A DNA stretch of 24,000 nt from Gammaproteobacteria bacterium (GCA_903970185.1 CAJCIC010000052.1:46340-70339), one strand, 5' to 3'; positions 8,129 through 16,597 are shown, numbered from the stretch's first letter. Translations and numbers: made by a program. The notes: generated by a model from the sequence alone, not told the origin.

Positions 8129-8240
8129 CAGGAGGAAAAGTGATACAGGGTCTTGGCCATCACTGCAATATGACACGGAATTAGGATTGACAAATGAATT
8201 ACCGTATCAAATCATGGTTGCAAAGGGCAGGAGACACTTC
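8129..8240. promoter_or_regulatory. paaX/paaA divergent control region with sigma70-like promoter and candidate operator
   Basis: Locally AT-rich. TTGACA (8187-8192), a 17-nt spacer, then AATCAT (8210-8215) face paaA. An imperfect inverted repeat GATTGA (8185-8190) / TCAAATC (8207-8213) brackets the spacer. The paaA SD GGAGA is at about 8230-8234. Confidence 0.4.
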
Positions 8241-9254
8241 ATGCATACCAACGCCACTAGCGCGACAGAGGGCGGCGCCAGCAAAATGCCCGAGCAGGCG
8301 CCCGAGCATTCGCCCGAGCAGGCGCCCGAGCAAGCCAGATTCGAGCGCCAACTCGATCAGGGCATTCCGATCGAGTCGGCGGACTGGATGCCCGCGGCCT
8401 ATCGCAAGACCCTGATCCGCCAGATTTCGCAGCACGCGCATTCCGAGATCGTGGGCATGCTGCCGGAGGGCAACTGGCTGACGCGCGCGCCGACGCTTGA
8501 GCGCAAGTCGATTCTGCTCGCCAAGGTGCAAGATGAGGCCGGCCACGGCCTGTATCTTTACAGCGCTGCCGAGACGCTTGGCGTGACGCGCGATGCCATG
8601 ACCCTGGACCTTCTCGCGCGACGCGCAAAATATTCAAGCATTTTCAATTATCCGACCTTGAGCTGGGCCGACATCGGTGCGATTGGCTGGCTCGTCGACG
8701 GTGCGGCGATCATCAACCAGATCCCGCTTTGCCACTGCTCGTACGGCCCCTACGCGCGCGCCATGGTGCGCATCTGCAAGGAGGAGTCGTTTCACCAGCG
8801 CCAGGGGTTTGCCATCATGACCGTTCTTGCCCGCGGCACGCGCGAGCAGCAGGAGATGGCGCAAGACGCCCTGAATCGCTGGTGGTGGCCGGTGCTCATG
8901 ATGTTCGGGCCGCCCGATCACGAATCGACCAACAGCGACCAGTCGATGCGCTGGGGCATCAAACTGCACAGCAACGACGAACTGCGCCAGCGCATGGTCG
9001 ACCAGACCGTGCCGCAAGCGCAGTTTCTTGGCCTGTCGATTCCCGATGAGCAGCTGGCCTGGAACGAAGCGCGCGGCCGCTACGATTACGGTGAGATTGA
9101 CTGGGACGAATTTCGCCGCGTCGTCAATGGGGACGGCCCTTGCAACGAGGAGCGCCTCGCGGCCCGGCAGCGCGCCTGGGATGAGGGCGCCTGGGTGCGC
9201 GAGGCGCTTAAGGCGCATGCGCAAAAGCAGGCGACGGCTGTGGCGGCGGCGTGA
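8241..9254 (+). CDS. paaA: 1,2-phenylacetyl-CoA epoxidase subunit A
   Basis: [38 protein letters not shown]...[13 protein letters not shown]...EESFHQRQG (di-iron EExH-type motifs). ATG 8241 has GGAGA upstream. The ORF-track start 7911 runs antisense through paaX and is rejected. Confidence 0.9.
   Translation: MHTNATSATEGGASKMPEQAPEHSPEQAPEQARFERQLDQGIPIESADWMPAAYRKTLIRQISQHAHSEIVGMLPEGNWLTRAPTLERKSILLAKVQDEAGHGLYLYSAAETLGVTRDAMTLDLLARRAKYSSIFNYPTLSWADIGAIGWLVDGAAIINQIPLCHCSYGPYARAMVRICKEESFHQRQGFAIMTVLARGTREQQEMAQDALNRWWWPVLMMFGPPDHESTNSDQSMRWGIKLHSNDELRQRMVDQTVPQAQFLGLSIPDEQLAWNEARGRYDYGEIDWDEFRRVVNGDGPCNEERLAARQRAWDEGAWVREALKAHAQKQATAVAAA
8289..8336 (+). repeat. 4 x 12-bp in-frame tandem repeat (PEQA/PEHS) in the paaA N-terminus
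   Basis: cccgagcaggcg / cccgagcattcg / cccgagcaggcg / cccgagcaagcc, encoding [16 protein letters not shown]. Confidence 0.9.
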
Positions 9255-9532
9255 ACGACGCGCCCCTCTGGGAAGTCTTCATTCGCAGCCAGCACGGGCT
9301 TGCGCACAAGCACGTTGGCAGCCTGCATGCGGCCGATGCGAAGCTTGCACTGCTTAACGCGCGCGATGCCTATACGCGCCGCAACGAGGGCGTCAGCATC
9401 TGGGTCGTGCGCGCAGCCGACATCCATGCCAGTGATCCACGCGAAGAGGACACGCTGTTTGAATCGCCCAAGGGCAAGGAATTCAGGCACGCGACTTTCT
9501 TTCCAACGCCAGAAGGCGTGAAGAATCTCTGA
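9251..9532 (+). CDS. paaB: 1,2-phenylacetyl-CoA epoxidase subunit B
   Basis: 93 aa. [48 protein letters not shown] matches PaaB. GTG start overlaps the paaA stop (GTGA). Confidence 0.9.
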   Translation: MNDAPLWEVFIRSQHGLAHKHVGSLHAADAKLALLNARDAYTRRNEGVSIWVVRAADIHASDPREEDTLFESPKGKEFRHATFFPTPEGVKNL

Positions 9533-10302
9533 TGGCGATGTCATCAGAGGCAGTCGTGGCACGCCGCGAGCGGCTTTTGCAGCTGGCCGACTCGAACCTG
9601 ATCCTCGCGCAACAGCTGACCGCCTGGTGCGGTCATGCGCCGATGATCGAAGAAGACCTGGCCCAGGCCAACGTCGCGCTCGATTTGCTTGGCCAGGCGA
9701 GGCAGTGGTATCGGCTGGTCTGCGCCAGCGAGCCGGAGTTCGGAGACGAGGACCGCCTGGCGATGCTGCGCGATGTTGCGCAGTGGCGCAATCTGTTGCT
9801 CTGCGAAATTGCCAACGGTGATTTTGCGCAGACCCTGGTGCGCCAGGCCCTCTACGACGAGTTTCATGTTGTGCTGCTTACAGCCCTTGTCGCATCAAGC
9901 GATGCAGGCATTGCCGAAATCGCCGCCAAGGCCGTGAAAGAGGCGCGTTATCACCGCCTGCGCAGCGCCGACCTCCTCGTGCGCCTGGGCGATGGCACAA
10001 GCGAGAGCCATGCGCGTTGCCAGCGCGCGCTTGATCGGCTCTGGCCGCATGTCGCCGAACTGTTTGTCGATCACGAAGGCGATGCGCTGCTTGCTGCGAT
10101 GGGCGTGGCGCCATTGCCCTCGTCCCTAGAAGAGACCTGGGGGCAAGCCGTAGGGACACTTGCGAGGAAGGCCACGCTCACGCTTGGCGCTGTAGCCAGC
10201 GCGCGCGCCGGGGGGCGCCAAAAGCGCCATACCGAGCACCTGGGCTTCCTGCTCGCCGAGATGCAGTTCATGCAGCGCAGCTATCCGGAAGCGACGTGGT
10301 GA
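9532..10302 (+). CDS. paaC: 1,2-phenylacetyl-CoA epoxidase subunit C
   Basis: 256 aa. Position and size fit PaaC. LLQLADSNLILAQQLTAWCGHAPMIEEDLAQANVALDLLGQAR is typical. ATG overlaps the paaB stop by 1 nt. Confidence 0.85.
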   Translation: MAMSSEAVVARRERLLQLADSNLILAQQLTAWCGHAPMIEEDLAQANVALDLLGQARQWYRLVCASEPEFGDEDRLAMLRDVAQWRNLLLCEIANGDFAQTLVRQALYDEFHVVLLTALVASSDAGIAEIAAKAVKEARYHRLRSADLLVRLGDGTSESHARCQRALDRLWPHVAELFVDHEGDALLAAMGVAPLPSSLEETWGQAVGTLARKATLTLGAVASARAGGRQKRHTEHLGFLLAEMQFMQRSYPEATW

Positions 10303-10787
10303 TTGCGACCGTGCTGAATGCTGACAGCGCGTGGGCGGTGCTTGCCGGCATCCCCGATCCGGAAATGCCAGCGATATCGATTGTCGATTTGGGCATCGTG
10401 CGAGAAGTGCTCGTCGATCGTGACGACTGCCTGGTGCGGCTGACGCCGACGTATTCGGCATGCCCTGCGCTTGCGGCCATCGAGGCCAGCGTGAAAGAAG
10501 CCCTGCTGGCTGCCGGCTTTTGTCGGGTGCGCACAGAGCGCGTCCTGTCGCCGGCGTGGAGCAGCGACTGGATCACGGCGAGCGGCCGTGACCATCTTGC
10601 CCTAGGCGGCATTGCGCCACCGCATCAGGTTGCCTGGATCGATGGCCGCTCTGGCCGCGCCGTGGCCTGTCCGCGCTGCGCCAGCCTGCGCACCGGCCTG
10701 CTCGCGCAGTTCGGCGGCACCGCCTGCAAGGCGCTTTATCGCTGCCTTGACTGTCTTGAGCCCTTTGACTATTTCAAGCCGCATTGA
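10296..10787 (+). CDS. paaD: Phenylacetate-CoA oxygenase subunit PaaD (DUF59/SufT-like with C-terminal Cys cluster)
   Basis: 163 aa. IPDPEMPAISIVDLGIVR (DUF59-type motif) and C-terminal CPRC...CKALYRCLDCLEPFDYFK. GTG start overlaps the paaC stop by 7 nt. Confidence 0.85.
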   Translation: MVIATVLNADSAWAVLAGIPDPEMPAISIVDLGIVREVLVDRDDCLVRLTPTYSACPALAAIEASVKEALLAAGFCRVRTERVLSPAWSSDWITASGRDHLALGGIAPPHQVAWIDGRSGRAVACPRCASLRTGLLAQFGGTACKALYRCLDCLEPFDYFKPH

Positions 10788-11857
10788 TGGCCCTGGGATT
10801 TCATCCGCTTCGCATCGCAAGGCACGTGCCGCTCACGCGTGACGCGAACCTGATCGAGTTCGAGCTGCCCGAGGCGGCGCGGGCCGAATTCACGTTCAGG
10901 CCGGGGCAGCACGTGACCCTGCGCGCGGTCATCGGTGGCTGCGAAGAAAGGCGTTCCTATTCGCTTTGCAGCGTTCCTGGCGAGCCACTGCAAATTGTCG
11001 TGAAGCGCGTCGACGAAGGCATCTTTTCAGGCTACGTGCACGAGACGCTGGTGCCTGGCATGACCATCGATGTCATGCCGCCAAGTGGCCAGTTCGTCAT
11101 CGATCTTGATCCGCTCGCGAGGCGCCATCACCTGGCCATTGCGGCAGGAAGCGGCATCACGCCTGTGATATCGCTGGTGCGCAGCATCCTCGAGTCCGAA
11201 CCAGAAAGCCACGTCACGCTGCTCTATGGCAACCGGTCGTCCTCAAGCGTGATTTTTCGCGAACTTCTGGGCGCGCTCAAGGACCGTTTCCTTAAGCGGC
11301 TGTCGCTGCTTTTCGTGCTCAGTCGCGAGCACAGCCAGGTGCCGTTGTTTGACGGCCGCATCGACTACGACAAGATCAGGGCGCTGTGCGCGACAGTGAT
11401 CGATGTGAGGCAGCTGCACGGCGCCTACCTGTGCGGCCCGTACGGCATGATCGAGGCATGCCAGAAGGCATTGCTTGCAGCCGGGCTTGCTCGCGAGCGC
11501 ATCAAGTCCGAGTTGTTTGGCACCGCTGCGCTGGCGAGCCGGCCTCAAAGCGCGCGCAGCGCCGTTGCCAGGGAGTGCCACGTGACGATTCGGCTTGATG
11601 GCCAGGCGCGCAGGTTTTCGATGGCACGGGACAGCTTGAGCGTGCTCGATGCAGCACTCGCCCAGGGCATCGACCTTCCTTTCTCGTGCAAGTCTGGCGT
11701 ATGCTCCACGTGCCGCTGCAAACGCATTTCCGGGAAGGTCGAGATGGACGCCAATTTCGCGCTTGAAGACTACGAAGTGGCGCGCGGATTCGTGCTTTGC
11801 TGCCAGAGCTTCCCGGTCACAGATGAGCTCGAGCTCGACTACGATCAGCAGTCGTGA
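10787..11857 (+). CDS. paaE: Phenylacetate-CoA oxygenase reductase subunit PaaE (FNR-like plus plant-type 2Fe-2S)
   Basis: RSYSLCS FAD-binding motif, an NAD(P)-binding region and C-terminal CKSGVCSTCRC...C. ATG 10787 overlaps the paaD TGA; TTG 10784 is an alternative start. Confidence 0.9.
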   Translation: MALGFHPLRIARHVPLTRDANLIEFELPEAARAEFTFRPGQHVTLRAVIGGCEERRSYSLCSVPGEPLQIVVKRVDEGIFSGYVHETLVPGMTIDVMPPSGQFVIDLDPLARRHHLAIAAGSGITPVISLVRSILESEPESHVTLLYGNRSSSSVIFRELLGALKDRFLKRLSLLFVLSREHSQVPLFDGRIDYDKIRALCATVIDVRQLHGAYLCGPYGMIEACQKALLAAGLARERIKSELFGTAALASRPQSARSAVARECHVTIRLDGQARRFSMARDSLSVLDAALAQGIDLPFSCKSGVCSTCRCKRISGKVEMDANFALEDYEVARGFVLCCQSFPVTDELELDYDQQS

Positions 11858-12318
11858 TGACCCCTGGCGCAAATGTCACCGCACTTGAGCCCGCCGACGT
11901 CGCAAGGCGCGTGGCAGGCGAGATGATGCTGCGGGATTTGGCCTCGGCGCTGCTTGGCATCCGGCTTGAATTCGTCGACGACAAACAGGTCACGGTGTCG
12001 ATGGCCATCACCGAGAGGCACCTTAACGGCCACGGCAGCTGTCATGGCGGTCTGCTCTTCGCGCTCGCCGATACGGCCTTTGCCCTGGCCTGCAACGGCA
12101 GCAATCAGGCTGCCGTCGCGGCCGCGGCGACCATCGATTTTGTGTCGCCAGGCGAGCTTGGCGAAGTTCTCAATGCGACGGCCACGATGCGCGTGCAAGG
12201 CAAGCGGCTGGGTGTCTACGATATCGAAGTGACCGCTGCCGATGGCCGGCTCGTCGCGCTCTTTCGCGGCAGGTCGGCACGGCTTTCCCGTGCCGTGATC
12301 GAAGGGCTGAAACCTTGA
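11854..12318 (+). CDS. paaI: Hydroxyphenylacetyl-CoA thioesterase PaaI (hotdog fold)
   Basis: 154 aa. NGHGSCHGGLLFALADTAFALACN is a typical PaaI motif. The start overlaps the paaE stop (GTGATG). Confidence 0.85.
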   Translation: MMTPGANVTALEPADVARRVAGEMMLRDLASALLGIRLEFVDDKQVTVSMAITERHLNGHGSCHGGLLFALADTAFALACNGSNQAAVAAAATIDFVSPGELGEVLNATATMRVQGKRLGVYDIEVTAADGRLVALFRGRSARLSRAVIEGLKP

Positions 12319-13640
12319 AAGCCGCGATCCGACCCGCACGCCATGCGCCTTTGGCGCTCGAACTCGATGATGCCGAGAAAATGAGCCTGAGTCAGCTTCG
12401 CGCGCTGCAGCTCGAGCGCCTGAAGCGATCGCTGGCGAGCGCCGAGAACGTCGGCCACTTTCGCACAACCTTCGCCGCTGCAGGCGTGTCCGCGGCAGAC
12501 CTGTCGTGCCTTGAGGATCTCGCCCGCTTTCCACTGCTTGACAAGTCGCAGCTGCGGGCTGCCTACCCCTTTGGCATGCTGGCCGTGAAGCGGCAGGAGG
12601 TCGCCCGCGTCCATGCGTCAAGTGGCACGACAGGAAAATCAACGATTGTCGCCTCAACCCTTGCCGATCTTGACCACTGGTCTGACCTGGTTGCGCGCTC
12701 GATGCGCGCGGCCGGCGCACGCCGCGGCGATCTGGTTCATGTCGCCTACGGCTACGGGCTGTTTACCGGTGGCCTTGGCGCCCACTACGGCGCCGAGCGC
12801 CTTGGCTGCACCGTGCTGCCGGTGTCCGGCGGCCAAACCGAAAAACAGGTCCAGCTCATCACCGATCTCAAGCCCGATGTCATCATGGTGACGCCGTCCT
12901 ACATGCTGGTGTTGATCGAGGAGATGGAGCGGGTTGGCATCGATCCGCGCAAGACCAGCCTCAAGCGCGGCATTTTCGGGGCCGAGCCCTGGACCGAGGC
13001 GATGCGCGCCGAAATCGAGGAGCGCGCCAACATTGATGCGCTCGACATCTATGGCCTGTCGGAAATCATGGGTCCTGGGGTGGCCTCAGAGTGTGTCGAA
13101 TCCAAAGATGGCGCGGTGCTCTGGGAAGACCATTTCTATCCCGAGATCATCGATCCGGTGACAGGTGCAGTGCTGCCTGAGGGCAGCTTTGGCGAGCTGG
13201 TGCTAACCACCTTGACGCGCGAGGCGATGCCGATGATCCGCTATCGCACGCGCGACCTGACGCGACTGTTGCCAGCCAGTGCGCGCCCGATGCGCCGCAT
13301 GGACCGCATCACCGGGCGCTCTGACGACATGCTGATCATCCGCGGCGTCAACGTCTTTCCCTCGCAGATCGAGCAGCTGATTCTCGCCACGTCGCCGCTG
13401 GCGCCGCAGTACCAGCTGGTCGTCGCACGCGAAGGACACCTCGACACGCTGACGGTGAGAGTCGAATTGCGCAGTGGCGCAAGCCCGGCCTCGCGCGCGT
13501 TGGCTGCCGAGGAACTATCGCGGCGCATCAAGGAAATTTCCGGGGTCACGGCGGGCATCGAGGTGCTCGATTGCGACGCCATCGAGCGCACCCTGGTGGG
13601 CAAGGCCAGGCGCGTGATCGATCTGCGCGCAAAAATCTGA
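12315..13640 (+). CDS. paaK: Phenylacetate-CoA ligase
   Basis: LRALQLERLKRSL..., P-loop-like HASSGTTGKSTIV, YGLSEIMGPGV and MLIIRGVNVFPSQIE match PaaK. TTG 12315 overlaps the paaI stop (TTGA). ATG 12381 would remove conserved N-terminal residues. Confidence 0.88.
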   Translation: MKAAIRPARHAPLALELDDAEKMSLSQLRALQLERLKRSLASAENVGHFRTTFAAAGVSAADLSCLEDLARFPLLDKSQLRAAYPFGMLAVKRQEVARVHASSGTTGKSTIVASTLADLDHWSDLVARSMRAAGARRGDLVHVAYGYGLFTGGLGAHYGAERLGCTVLPVSGGQTEKQVQLITDLKPDVIMVTPSYMLVLIEEMERVGIDPRKTSLKRGIFGAEPWTEAMRAEIEERANIDALDIYGLSEIMGPGVASECVESKDGAVLWEDHFYPEIIDPVTGAVLPEGSFGELVLTTLTREAMPMIRYRTRDLTRLLPASARPMRRMDRITGRSDDMLIIRGVNVFPSQIEQLILATSPLAPQYQLVVAREGHLDTLTVRVELRSGASPASRALAAEELSRRIKEISGVTAGIEVLDCDAIERTLVGKARRVIDLRAKI

Positions 13641-13651
13641 GGAAGGGCGCC

Positions 13652-14443
13652 GTGAGACTTCGAACCTGTGTTGCCCGCGTGATGTTCGTCCTCATCGGCG
13701 CCTGTCTTTCCCGAGCGCATGCCGCAGCGCCCGCCCCGTCGATCCTCGATGGCGTCATCGAGCGCGGCGTGCTCAGGGTATGCACTAGCGGTGATTACCG
13801 GCCTTTCTCGTACAGCGCCGATGGCGCGGCGTTTGAAGGCGCGGACATCGACATGGCGGCATCGCTTGCGCAATCGCTAGGGGCCAGGATCGCGTGGGTG
13901 CAAACGCCATGGAAGTCGTTGACCGATTACGTACAGGAACGGCGTTGCGACGTGGCCATGGGCGGCATCTCGCTGACCCTCGAGCGCGAGCGCTATGGCT
14001 CGTTCACGTCACCGTATCTCGCCGATGGCAAGACGGCGATCGCGCGCTGCGACAGTGCACAGCGCTTTGATGATCTTGCCGCGATCGACCGGCCCGGCGT
14101 GCGTGTCATCGTCAACCCCGGCGGGACCAATCAGCGTTTCGTCCTGGCGCACCTGAAGGCGGCAAGCGTCATCACTTTTGCCGACAATGCCACGATTTTC
14201 GACGAGATCGCGGCAAATCGCGCGGACGTGATGATTACCGACGCAAGCGAGGTGCGCCAGCAGGTCAAGCGCCATCCCGGCGTCTTGTGCCAGGTCGCAG
14301 CGCCCGAGCCGTTTCTGTTCGGTGAGAAAGCCTATCTCGTGCCGCGCGATGACCCGACCTGGCTCGAATACGTCAATCAATGGCTGCGCATTCAGAAGGC
14401 CAACGGCAGGCTCGCAGAAACGCTCAGGCGCTGGGTCGATTAG
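13652..14443 (+). CDS. pheC: Periplasmic cyclohexadienyl dehydratase (PheC)-like protein of the type-II solute-binding-protein fold
   Basis: GTG 13652 with GGAAGGG upstream. Signal peptide ends ...SRAHA/AAP. The mature part (ILDGVIERGVLRVCTSGDYRPFSY...VNPGGTNQRF...GEKAYLVPRDD...YVNQWL) aligns closely with my recollection of P. aeruginosa PheC. Starts 11 nt after paaK. Confidence 0.65.
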   Translation: MRLRTCVARVMFVLIGACLSRAHAAAPAPSILDGVIERGVLRVCTSGDYRPFSYSADGAAFEGADIDMAASLAQSLGARIAWVQTPWKSLTDYVQERRCDVAMGGISLTLERERYGSFTSPYLADGKTAIARCDSAQRFDDLAAIDRPGVRVIVNPGGTNQRFVLAHLKAASVITFADNATIFDEIAANRADVMITDASEVRQQVKRHPGVLCQVAAPEPFLFGEKAYLVPRDDPTWLEYVNQWLRIQKANGRLAETLRRWVD

Positions 14444-14485
14444 ACTCGAAGTGCTTCGACTTCCAGGCGGCTTGCTGCCTTTGCC

Positions 14486-15886
14486 ATGGCGCTTGCCGAC
14501 GATCCAGAAGACTTCCAGCCCGATGGCATCCCCATGCCCGCGCGGGTCTTTGCCTTGCTGCCGATTGCGCTTGGCATCAGCCTCGCGGTGCTTGACAGTG
14601 CCATCGCCAATATCGCGCTTCCCCTGATTGCCACGCACTTTCACGAAACCTCTGCGGAATCGATCTGGGTGGTGAGCGCGTATCAGCTCGCGATCACCGT
14701 CTCGCTTCTGCCCCTGGCCTCGCTTGGCGATCTGCTCGGCTACCGGCGCGTCTACCTGAGCGGACTGATCGTCTTCACCATCGCCTCGCTGGCCTGCGCA
14801 AGTTCTGCAACCCTTTTGCAACTGACCCTGGCGCGGGTCGTGCAGGGACTGGGCGCTGCAGGCGTGATGAGCGTCAACATCGCGCTTGTGCGCATGATCT
14901 TTCCGCGCGCGCACCTTGGACGCGGGGTGAGCCTGAATGCTACGGTCGTGGCCGTGGCTGCGGCAATCGGGCCGACGATAGCGTCGGCTGTGCTGGCGCT
15001 TGCGTCCTGGCGCTGGCTGTTTGCCATCAATGTGCCGCTGGGTCTTGTCGCTGTGGTTCTTGGCTGGCGCTTTCTGCCGTCGTCCAGGCGCGCTGCTGGC
15101 AGCTTCGATTTCATTTCGGCTGCGCTCAATGTCATCACCTTCGGCACCTTCTTGCTCGGCATGGATGCCTTCGCCCATCAACAGCCGCGCGCGCGCGTGG
15201 CCGCCCTGATGATTTGCGCACTATCGGTCGGAAGCGTCTTTGTCAGGCGCGAATTAAAGCGCACGAACCCGCTGTTGCCGCTCGATCTGCTCGCCCGGCC
15301 GCTTTTCGCATTGTCGATCGTGACCTCGTTTTGTTCCTTCACGGCCCAGATGCTGGCTTACGTCTGCCTGCCCTTTTATTTTCAGCTGCGACTTGGCCGC
15401 AGCCAGGTCGAGACCGGTCTGCTGATGACGCCGTGGCCGCTTGTGATCATCATCGTCGCGCCGCTTGCCGGAATTCTTTCTGATCGCTATCCCGCCGGAC
15501 TTCTTGGCGGCATCGGGCTTGTCGCCCTGGGCTGCGGCCTTCTGGCCCTTGCCCTGCTGCCAAGCCATCCCGATGTCGTCTCGATCGCCTGGCGCATGGC
15601 GCTTTGCGGCCTGGGCTTCGGGCTCTTCCAGTCGCCCAATAATCGCGCCATTCTCTCCTCGGCGCCGCCTGAGCGCAGCGGCGGGGCAAGTGGCATGCTG
15701 GGAACGGCGAGGCTGATGGGCCAGACCATCGGTGCTGCCCTGGTGGCGCTCATTTTCAATCTTTTCGCCGACAATGGCACGGTTGCCGCGCTTGTCACCG
15801 CAGCATGTTTCGCGTTTGCGGCAGCGATTTTGAGCACCTTGCGGCTGACCAGGACGGTCACCTCGCGCGTGGCCGTGATCAAGTGA
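14486..15886 (+). CDS. MFS transporter, DHA2 (EmrB/QacA-like, ~14 TMS) family
   Basis: 466 aa and highly hydrophobic. LGISLAVLDSAIANIALPLIA and LGDLLGYRRVYLSGL are typical MFS motif-A-type sequences. Confidence 0.8.
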   Translation: MALADDPEDFQPDGIPMPARVFALLPIALGISLAVLDSAIANIALPLIATHFHETSAESIWVVSAYQLAITVSLLPLASLGDLLGYRRVYLSGLIVFTIASLACASSATLLQLTLARVVQGLGAAGVMSVNIALVRMIFPRAHLGRGVSLNATVVAVAAAIGPTIASAVLALASWRWLFAINVPLGLVAVVLGWRFLPSSRRAAGSFDFISAALNVITFGTFLLGMDAFAHQQPRARVAALMICALSVGSVFVRRELKRTNPLLPLDLLARPLFALSIVTSFCSFTAQMLAYVCLPFYFQLRLGRSQVETGLLMTPWPLVIIIVAPLAGILSDRYPAGLLGGIGLVALGCGLLALALLPSHPDVVSIAWRMALCGLGFGLFQSPNNRAILSSAPPERSGGASGMLGTARLMGQTIGAALVALIFNLFADNGTVAALVTAACFAFAAAILSTLRLTRTVTSRVAVIK

Positions 15887-15979
15887 TGAGCCATTCCATA
15901 ATCGGGTATAACAGCTTCGCGGCTTGTGGCACCGCCAAGCCTTCCGTCTTCGCCACACAAAATTCAAGGATATTTGCAT

Positions 15980-16411
15980 ATGGACCATATCGAAAAAGTT
16001 CTCTATCGCGCAGAAGCCAAAGCCACCGGCGGCCGTGAAGGCGAAGCCAAATCGTCTGACGGCGCGCTCACCGTCAAGCTTTCGACGCCGCGCGAGCTGG
16101 GCGGTGGCGGCGGCAGCGGCACCAATCCGGAACAGCTCTTCGCAGCGGGATATAGCGCCTGCTTTCTCGGCGCGATGAAGCACGTGGCGTCGATGCAAAA
16201 AACGCCGTTGCCAGCCGATACGTCTATTACCGGAAAGGTCGGCATTGGCGCCATTCCCCAGGGCTTTGGCATCGAGGTCGAACTGCATGTCCTGCTTCCG
16301 GGCATGGACAAGGGCGAGGCAACCGCACTGGTCGAGAAGGCCCACCAGGTCTGCCCCTACTCGAACGCAACGCGCGGCAATATCTCGGTCAAGCTCGACG
16401 TCGCCGTCTAG
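15980..16411 (+). CDS. ohr: Organic hydroperoxide resistance protein Ohr (OsmC/Ohr family)
   Basis: 143 aa from ATG 15980. [15 protein letters not shown]...[16 protein letters not shown] (peroxidatic Cys) and [14 protein letters not shown] (resolving Cys). Confidence 0.88.
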   Translation: MDHIEKVLYRAEAKATGGREGEAKSSDGALTVKLSTPRELGGGGGSGTNPEQLFAAGYSACFLGAMKHVASMQKTPLPADTSITGKVGIGAIPQGFGIEVELHVLLPGMDKGEATALVEKAHQVCPYSNATRGNISVKLDVAV

Positions 16412-16540
16412 GCGGTTTTCGCCCGGTCGATTTCGATGGCGTCACGGCGAGCGGTCCGAAGCGGCGCCGCTCGTCCCCATACTAATATGATGTATATCAA
16501 TGATTTAAAAGACATATCTAATGTCAATGATGAGAAGTCA

Positions 16541-16572
16541 AAACGCCTCGTGCACCGCCACCTGGCGTTTTT
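16541..16572 (+). terminator. Rho-independent-terminator-like hairpin plus T-run, 26 nt upstream of the next start codon
   Basis: AAACGCC (16541-16547) pairs with GGCGTTT (16564-16570). An inner GTG/CAC (16550-52 / 16559-61) also pairs. The T5 run extends to 16572. Confidence 0.45.
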
Positions 16573-16597
16573 CCGGTCGTTCCTTTCGGAGTAGTCA

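Noticed and set aside
7911-8240. N-terminal 110 codons of ORF-track entry 7911-9254 (+).
   Set aside because: This part runs antisense through the paaX coding region and has no PaaA similarity. PaaA similarity begins after ATG 8241, which has its own SD.
11243-13873. Minus-strand ORFs 11243-11872, 11845-12720 and 13241-13873.
   Set aside because: They are antisense to paaE, paaI and paaK, which have unambiguous signatures. They are shadow ORFs.
14009-16345. Long minus-strand ORFs 14009-15181 (390 aa) and 15254-16345 (363 aa).
   Set aside because: They are antisense to the PheC-like, MFS and ohr genes. Their composition is extremely Arg/Gly/His/Gln-biased, with no motifs.
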